Part shown: in pieces, positions 58,038-64,000 of the stretch
Numbering within the stretch: position 1 is the first letter of the stretch
Layout of the letters: each line of letters starts with the position of its first letter
Notes under the pieces: generated by a model
Told to the model about the DNA's origin: nothing
Databases searched by the model: none
What the model saw: the letters and a program-made list of their open reading frames with translations, nothing else
Assembly: GCA_964514585.1 (NCBI GenBank)
Contig: CAZETU010000001.1
Location: forward strand, 210,523-274,522
Direction of reading: 5' to 3'
Source of the DNA: Candidatus Woesearchaeota archaeon
Lineage (GTDB): Archaea; Nanobdellota; Nanobdellia; Pacearchaeales; GW2011-AR1
DNA length: 64,000 bases
Program-made: the position numbers and the translations under genes

Positions 58038-60617
58038 TTACCGACGGTCAGAAAGAAAATATTTCCCAATTTTCCAACCCTCAAAAACAACCAATCCAGA
58101 AAGACTAGCCAAAACAGAATACCCAAGCTGAGAACCACTCAAAGCCACAAATCCAAACACGCTTCCAAACACAGTATAAACAGCCACCAAGTGCAATGCC
58201 CCCGAAACCAAGACAGAATAAATCAAATATTTGTTATTCAAAATCCCAACACGAAACAAACTCCTATTAGACTTGCATGAGAAGACAAAAAACAACTCAA
58301 AGAAAATTGCCGTCGTAATCGCCATCGTTCTAGCTATCTCCAGCCCAAAATTATTCATACCAAAATTAAAAATCATCAATGAAGACACAACCATTAACAC
58401 TCCAGCAACGACAATCCATTTCCAAACCCCAGTCAACAGCCCGTCCCCACGCGGCTTTCTCTTCATAGAATCCTCTTCAGCAGGCTCAACCGCCAACGCC
58501 AAGGCAGGCAAGCTATCCGTTACAAGATTCATCCACAAAATAGCCAACGGTAAAAACATTAGCGGCATTCCCATCATCAGTCCCGCCACAACAGCCAAAA
58601 CTTCACCAACATTTGCAGCCAGCAAAAACTTAACCGACTTCTTCATGTTATCAAAAACTCTTCGGCCCTGTCTAACAGCCTTAACAATCGAGGCAAAATT
58701 ATCATCCAGCAAAACAATATCAGAAGAATCCCGAGCCACATCACTTCCACGAATCCCCATAGAAACTCCAATATCAGCTTTCTTCAGAGCCAAAATATCA
58801 TTAACACCGTCGCCAGTAACAGCCACAGTTTCATTCTGCTTTTTCAAAACCTCAACAATCTTAAGCTTCTGTTGTGGGGTAACCCTAGCAAAAATAACCT
58901 TATCTCTAACAACTCTATCCCATTTATCATCACTCAGGCGATCTAGTTCCCGACCCTCAACAATATCACCCTCGAGCCCAATTTTTTTAGCAATAGCCCT
59001 TGTCGTAAAAGCAGAGTCTCCAGTTATAATCTTAATCTTAATGCCAGCCTCAATAGCTTCACGAATAGCGTCCTTAACCTCTTCTCTCGGCGGATCAATC
59101 ATCCCATCGAACCCAGCAAATATCAAATGATTCTCAGCCGTCGCCTGGTCAACCTTCGTAACTTGCCTAAACGCCAACCCCAAAACTCTAAGTCCCGACC
59201 CTTCCATCTCCAAAGATATTTTCTTCAACTCTTTCTTCCTCTTCGAATCAAGAATCTTAACCTTATTACCGACGAGCTCACGAGTACATCTCTCCAAAAT
59301 AAACAAAGGCGCTCCCTTAACATAGCTAGTTTTAATATTACCCTTGGCCCGAACAATAGACATCATCTTACGCTCGCTATCAAACGGGAATTCCTTAACT
59401 CTAGAATTAGCAGCAGTCAATTTCTTTTTATCGACGCCAAACTTCTTCGCAGCCTTAATTAAAGCAACCTCTGTCGGGTCCCCAAGAATACTATCTTTCT
59501 CATCCCTAGCATTATTACAAAGAACACCAACCTTCAAAGCCTGACCAAGAGCAGTATCAACTTTATCAACCTCGCTCAAAAGATAGGTCTTGTTAGAATA
59601 AATCTTATCAACATTCAAATCCTCCTCAGTCAAAGTCCCAGTCTTATCCGTACAAATAATAGTTGCCCTCCCCAAAGTCTCAGCCGCAGGAAGCCGGCGG
59701 ACCAAAGTATTAACCTTGTTCATTTGCTTTATAGCAACAGCCAAAGTTATAGCAATAATAGCAGGAAGCCCCTCGGGAATAGCCCCAATCGCAAGACTAA
59801 CAGAAACCAAAAACATTTCAACCTTATCAATCCCAGAATAAATCCCTAAAAGAAAAACAAAAAACACAAAAACCAAAATCGCAATCGAAATATTCCTAGA
59901 AAATTCATTAATTTTTTTCTCCAAAGGCATCTTCTCAGATTCCGTCGTTTGAACAAGGGCAGCCAACTTCCCAAACTCAGTATTATTAGCAGTCGCAACA
60001 ACCATAGCAGTAGTCTTTCCCTTGACAACAGTCGTCCCAGCATAAAGCATATTTTTCCTATCTGCCAAGACAACATCCTTCTCTAAAATTGATTCATTCT
60101 TATCAACAGGAAAACTCTCCCCGCTCAAAACAGCCTCATTAGTTTGCAAATTTTCCTGTTCCAAAATTCTACAATCCGCAAGCACTCTATCTCCAGAATC
60201 AAGCAAAACAATATCCCCAGGAACCAAAAACTTTGAATCAATCTCCGACTGAACACCATCCCTCAAAACAAGAACCTTATACCTAAGACTTTTTTTCAAT
60301 TTCTCAATAATTTCCTCAGCCTTATATTCCTGAAAAAAACCAATCCCCCCATTCAAAAGAACAATCACACCAATCACCGCAGCATCGATAAAATGACCAA
60401 TAATCGCAGAAACAATCGCAGCCAAAATCAAAATATAAATCAACAAAGAATTAAACTGACCTAAAAATAAAAAAACTTTACTTCTAGTTTTCTGCTTTCT
60501 AATAACATTTTTCCCATACTTAGCAAACCTTTTCTGAACCTCAGATTTAGTCAAACCATCTTTAGACCCCTCCAAATTTTTCAAGACAGCCTCAGGCGAT
60601 AACGTATGCCAATTCAT
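58038..60617 (-). CDS. Cation-transporting P-type ATPase (type II, Ca2+-like)
   Basis: SGES, PEGL, DKTGT, KGAP, DPPR, TGD, GDGVND. Confidence 0.95.
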   Translation of the reverse strand: MNWHTLSPEAVLKNLEGSKDGLTKSEVQKRFAKYGKNVIRKQKTRSKVFLFLGQFNSLLIYILILAAIVSAIIGHFIDAAVIGVIVLLNGGIGFFQEYKAEEIIEKLKKSLRYKVLVLRDGVQSEIDSKFLVPGDIVLLDSGDRVLADCRILEQENLQTNEAVLSGESFPVDKNESILEKDVVLADRKNMLYAGTTVVKGKTTAMVVATANNTEFGKLAALVQTTESEKMPLEKKINEFSRNISIAILVFVFFVFLLGIYSGIDKVEMFLVSVSLAIGAIPEGLPAIIAITLAVAIKQMNKVNTLVRRLPAAETLGRATIICTDKTGTLTEEDLNVDKIYSNKTYLLSEVDKVDTALGQALKVGVLCNNARDEKDSILGDPTEVALIKAAKKFGVDKKKLTAANSRVKEFPFDSERKMMSIVRAKGNIKTSYVKGAPLFILERCTRELVGNKVKILDSKRKKELKKISLEMEGSGLRVLGLAFRQVTKVDQATAENHLIFAGFDGMIDPPREEVKDAIREAIEAGIKIKIITGDSAFTTRAIAKKIGLEGDIVEGRELDRLSDDKWDRVVRDKVIFARVTPQQKLKIVEVLKKQNETVAVTGDGVNDILALKKADIGVSMGIRGSDVARDSSDIVLLDDNFASIVKAVRQGRRVFDNMKKSVKFLLAANVGEVLAVVAGLMMGMPLMFLPLAILWMNLVTDSLPALALAVEPAEEDSMKRKPRGDGLLTGVWKWIVVAGVLMVVSSLMIFNFGMNNFGLEIARTMAITTAIFFELFFVFSCKSNRSLFRVGILNNKYLIYSVLVSGALHLVAVYTVFGSVFGFVALSGSQLGYSVLASLSGLVVFEGWKIGKYFLSDRR

Positions 60618-60671
60618 AAATTATTCAACGAATCCAGAATTATAAATCTACCTAAGATTTAAAAATCAGAT

Positions 60672-60760
60672 ATATAAGATATTGTACAAGATTTACTCTT
60701 GGGAGATATTCCTAAAATTCATAGAATTTCTCCAACGATTTTTTCGTCAGAAAAAATGTT
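60672..60760. repeat. Three-hairpin dispersed element, copy B
   Basis: Homologous to 181-270; hairpins AAATTC-ata-GAATTT and TTTTTTC-gtca-GAAAAAA. Confidence 0.75.
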
Positions 60761-60765
60761 GATAT

Positions 60766-61665
60766 TTAAACTCCCTGCTCTACAGCCGCACCAACAGAAA
60801 CACTTTCTTCAGTTTTCGCAGCCATCTCTTCCTTAACTTCATCATCAGCCCTTTCTAACAAAGTCTTCATCTTATCTTCAATCGCACTCTCCCCACTCTT
60901 CAAATCTCTCTCTTTCTTCTCTCGAGCAAGTCTCTTCTTCTTTGGCTCTTCCAAAATAAGCTCCTCACCAACAAAGTCTTCTAGTGTTGGAAGCGGCTTA
61001 TCTATCCCATGCGCCTTCATGTATTCCCTAGCCATCAACCAGAAAAACAGACCCATAGATTTATTCGACTTATTATTTCCAATCATAACAACATCAATAT
61101 CCGCAGTATGATTATTAGTATCACAAATCCCAACGACAGGAACTCTAACATTCTTAGCATCAGCCAAAGCGTTCTTGTCTAACCAAGGATCAGAAATCAA
61201 AATCATCTTAGTCTCAATAAAATTATCAAGCATTGTGTTAGTCAAAACACCACTAGGATATTTCTTCGTAAAAACCCTAACACCAGTCAACTCAGCAAAC
61301 ATCTTAGCAGCTCTCCACCCAGCTTCTCTCTTACAGACAAGTGTCCACTCATCAGGCTTATACTGCTTAATAAAATCAATACCCTCAGCCAATTTCTTAT
61401 CAACAAGCAACGTATTCAAAATCGCAAGCCCATCAAGTCTCCTCCGATAAACATACTTCCTCATAGAAGGCGTAATAACCTTTGTCCCCAAATACGAGGC
61501 AGTCTTAATATAATCTTCAAGAGGAGTTAAAATCGTCTGATCTTCTTTTTTTTCGCCATCACTTACGCTTGGCGTTATTTCTTTTTTATCAGGTTTCACT
61601 TCCTCTTTTAAAGTATCATCTACAACAGCATCTTCCTTAACAGTTTCTGTTTTTTTAGCTACCAT
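60766..61665 (-). CDS. rps2: 30S ribosomal protein uS2 (archaeal type) with charged N- and C-terminal extensions
   Basis: YVYRRRLDGLAILN, SDPWLD, PVVGICDTNN, GNNKSNKS. Confidence 0.92.
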   Translation of the reverse strand: MVAKKTETVKEDAVVDDTLKEEVKPDKKEITPSVSDGEKKEDQTILTPLEDYIKTASYLGTKVITPSMRKYVYRRRLDGLAILNTLLVDKKLAEGIDFIKQYKPDEWTLVCKREAGWRAAKMFAELTGVRVFTKKYPSGVLTNTMLDNFIETKMILISDPWLDKNALADAKNVRVPVVGICDTNNHTADIDVVMIGNNKSNKSMGLFFWLMAREYMKAHGIDKPLPTLEDFVGEELILEEPKKKRLAREKKERDLKSGESAIEDKMKTLLERADDEVKEEMAAKTEESVSVGAAVEQGV

Positions 61666-61681
61666 TTGTATATAATTCCGC

Positions 61682-61725
61682 TCAGGAGTTTACGCTACTA
61701 CTTGTTATCCAAGCCCCGCACCTGA
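61682..61725 (-). promoter_or_regulatory. Candidate structured 5' leader of rps2
   Basis: On the minus strand nested helices TCAGG/CCTGA, TGCG/CGTA and CTTG/CAAG lie 17-60 nt upstream of the ATG. Confidence 0.4.
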
Positions 61726-61816
61726 TACGTATAACTGAAGAGAATTTTGACTATTTAAAGTTTAGGGTCAAAAAAAAGTATATACTCGAGTATACAAATT
61801 AATTCTGAACTCATCG

Positions 61817-62233
61817 CTATCTATCATCTGGGAGAACATTGGAATCGTCACCTGGCTGCAAAATCGTAGCAAACTTACCCTTACATTTTTTACTCTTACA
61901 ATCACATAGAATCAATGTCCCATCTTTCTCAGTCTCATCATAATCAACAGTAATTTCCTTATTCTCTTTAATATTCCTTGCAGCAATCAACTTAGGAATA
62001 TCTCCAGAAATATCCAAAATAGTATTTGGGTCACAAGAATGATTAACATAATTCAAAACAAATTTATCAGAAACCCATGTATTATTACCAATATAAACAC
62101 ATCCCCCTTTAGCATAATGCAATATGTCATCATTAGGAACCTCGTAAAACACATCCCCCTTCAATATTACCTTAGATGTAAAAACACCAAGCCCATGAAT
62201 CTTACTCGGCTTTCTTACTAGAAAATCCACCAT
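61817..62233 (-). CDS. SET-domain lysine methyltransferase with a post-SET Cys motif
   Basis: SKIHGLGVF, NHSCDPN, EITVDY, CDCKSKKC. Confidence 0.9.
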   Translation of the reverse strand: MVDFLVRKPSKIHGLGVFTSKVILKGDVFYEVPNDDILHYAKGGCVYIGNNTWVSDKFVLNYVNHSCDPNTILDISGDIPKLIAARNIKENKEITVDYDETEKDGTLILCDCKSKKCKGKFATILQPGDDSNVLPDDR

Positions 62234-62279
62234 ATTCACACAAATAATTAACCATATATAAGATTATCTAAAAACTATT

Positions 62280-62543
62280 TCAACCCCCATATTTCTCTAA
62301 CCAAATTCTCTTGAAAAATGAAAGAGTTATAGTAGACAACAAAAAAGCAACAGCCGGCACAATCGAATTAACAAAAGGTTTAGGTAAGTCCGCAAAATAA
62401 AAAAACAAAACAATAACAAAATAAGTCAAAACAGCAACGAGAATTCTCCTAGTAAAACTTGTTTCCCAAGCCTTATCGCCCTCAACTTTTTTATTCCTAG
62501 ACTTAATACTTCTAATTTCTTTTTCCAAATCTTCTAATTTCAT
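62280..62543 (-). CDS. Small two-TM membrane protein
   Basis: Coiled N-terminus, DKAWETSFTRR, two TM helices. Confidence 0.65.
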   Translation of the reverse strand: MKLEDLEKEIRSIKSRNKKVEGDKAWETSFTRRILVAVLTYFVIVLFFYFADLPKPFVNSIVPAVAFLLSTITLSFFKRIWLEKYGG

Positions 62544-63751
62544 TTCAGCTTCCGTTCAATATCAACAACCCGCTTCAACTTTATCAAACGCTCCCGACCA
62601 TAAATTCCAGCTTTCAAAAATTGACCACCAAAACCAACACAATAATCAGCCAAAACATCATCCATAGTCTCTCCACTACGATGCGAAAAAATCATCGTAA
62701 TATCATGCTTCTTACAAAACCGGACAACCTGCTTAACTTCCAAAATCGACCCAATCTGATTCGGCTTAATAATCATCGCATTCATCGCTTTCCCCTGAAC
62801 AGCCCGCCTAACCAATTTCATATTCGTCGTCGTTAAATCATCACCAACAACAAGGCTTTTCGTAGAATTCTTTTCAACAGCACTCAAAACTCCCTTAAAC
62901 CCAGAAAAATCTTGCTCATACATCGGATCTTCAACATAAAAAATCCCAAACTTTCTCACTAGTCTCTCAATATAATCAGCCTGATCAACCTTATCCCGAA
63001 TTAGCTCCTTATTCTTATATTTGTAATAACCACCCCTCTCATAAAATCCAGAAGCAGCAATATCAAGACCAATTCTCAAATAATACTTATCTGCCACCTC
63101 CCTTAAAATTGCCAAAACTTCCTCATTAGTCTTCTTGGTTATCCACGCATTCTCATCATTCCGCTTCCTGGTCTTCAATAATTTCTGAGCATGTTGATAA
63201 GCTCTCAAGTTAACAGTTATCGCCCTAGAAAAAGTATTCTCTTTTGGAATCAACAAAAACTCCTGAAAATCAGGTCTCTTTCCTTCGACCGCTCTCGAAT
63301 GCAAACCACCACCAATACAATTCCCAACAGGCATCGGCATCTTCGGCTTCTTTCCCTTATTCACATCATCATTAATCAATTCCCAAAGTTCCTTGTTATT
63401 ATCTTTAGCCGCAGCCTTCAAAAAAACACCCTCAAGCACATAAATCACATTCCCACCAAGCTTTCCAAATCGCGCCTCAAACCTTTTCACTAATTCAACA
63501 ACCTGCTTCAAGTCATCAACCTTCTTTATAATAAAATTCTGATTCTTTAATTTCTTACAAAAAACCCGCAACATCTTCATGCTCCGATCAATCCCATTAG
63601 AATTATATGAAGGAACCTCTGACTTCCCCTTAGACTTCCCCGAGGGTGCCGAGCAAACAAACCTCCCCTCATAAGTCTTCAATTCAATCTGAACAGTCCT
63701 CTCCCCTCTTGAATTCTTAATCAAACTCGGCTTCATCTCTCTAATAAACAT
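62540..63751 (-). CDS. eno: Enolase (divergent, short)
   Basis: PSGKSKG, DFQEF, LDIAAS, VEDP, VGDDL, IKPNQIG, SHRSGET. Confidence 0.9.
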   Translation of the reverse strand: MFIREMKPSLIKNSRGERTVQIELKTYEGRFVCSAPSGKSKGKSEVPSYNSNGIDRSMKMLRVFCKKLKNQNFIIKKVDDLKQVVELVKRFEARFGKLGGNVIYVLEGVFLKAAAKDNNKELWELINDDVNKGKKPKMPMPVGNCIGGGLHSRAVEGKRPDFQEFLLIPKENTFSRAITVNLRAYQHAQKLLKTRKRNDENAWITKKTNEEVLAILREVADKYYLRIGLDIAASGFYERGGYYKYKNKELIRDKVDQADYIERLVRKFGIFYVEDPMYEQDFSGFKGVLSAVEKNSTKSLVVGDDLTTTNMKLVRRAVQGKAMNAMIIKPNQIGSILEVKQVVRFCKKHDITMIFSHRSGETMDDVLADYCVGFGGQFLKAGIYGRERLIKLKRVVDIERKLK

Positions 63752-64000
63752 AACAATAAAAATAGAAATTACTTAATAAATCTTACTCAAGCCGTTCTCC
63801 ATAAATCTTACAATAAAGATCTTCCACTTTTCTACAAGACATCTCTCATCTCTTCCTGTTAGCTCGCTTGTCTGATTCATCTCCCAAAGGAACAGGCTCA
63901 GAAAATATTTTATCTATACCAGGATTCTCAGAACAACGAGGCCGAAGCCGAAGCCGAGCTCCCAATCTCACAAACATTACTGGACAAAAAACCAAAACCA

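Noticed and set aside
2385-63493. Many long antisense ORFs in the track (e.g. 4945-5454, 28714-29463, 42929-44095, 58231-59130)
   Set aside because: They lie opposite well-supported genes, are Ile/Asn/Pro/Arg-biased, and are explained by the strong strand skew reducing stop codons.
62540-63751. Enolase as a catalytically dead paralog
   Set aside because: Although divergent (PSGKSKG, NDENAW), the metal-binding Ser/Asp/Glu residues and the catalytic Lys/Arg motifs appear retained.
1-64000. CRISPR array, integrase, transposase or reverse transcriptase (DGR)
   Set aside because: No regularly spaced repeats, and no ORF with recognisable Cas, recombinase, DDE/HUH or RT motifs was seen.
63780-64000. 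Partial gene at the window end
   Set aside because: No frame gave a recognisable protein and the fragment is too short to assign.

Overview
Archaeal chromosomal window, most likely from a DPANN organism of Pacearchaeota type. This is inferred from the divergent archaeal 16S, a fused PriS-PriL primase, form III RuBisCO, class II LysRS and many pilin-like genes. It holds housekeeping genes (pcn, primase, lysS, cysS, trmY, rbcL, rps2, eno, a P-type ATPase), a minus-strand 16S-tRNA-Ala-23S operon, tRNA-Phe and an RNase P RNA. Positions 277-19948 are a locus of class III signal-peptide proteins and very large, modular Cys-rich surface proteins. The top candidates for undescribed systems are two. 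First, an AT-rich island inside the surface locus encodes an AsnRS-like catalytic-only paralog, a SAM methyltransferase, a degenerate ProRS paralog and a MccF-like S66 peptidase, suggesting aminoacyl-nucleotide chemistry plus immunity. Second, a 41-aa peptide ORF missing from the ORF track heads a radical SAM/SPASM and GNAT operon, a candidate RiPP system. Manual reading also found a 54-aa histone-fold gene, a 39-aa 8-Cys microprotein, a degenerate tandem tRNA-Phe copy with an insertion, and a three-hairpin element repeated 60 kb apart just behind stop codons. All family calls come from motif recognition by eye; no database searches were run. rRNA ends are approximate.
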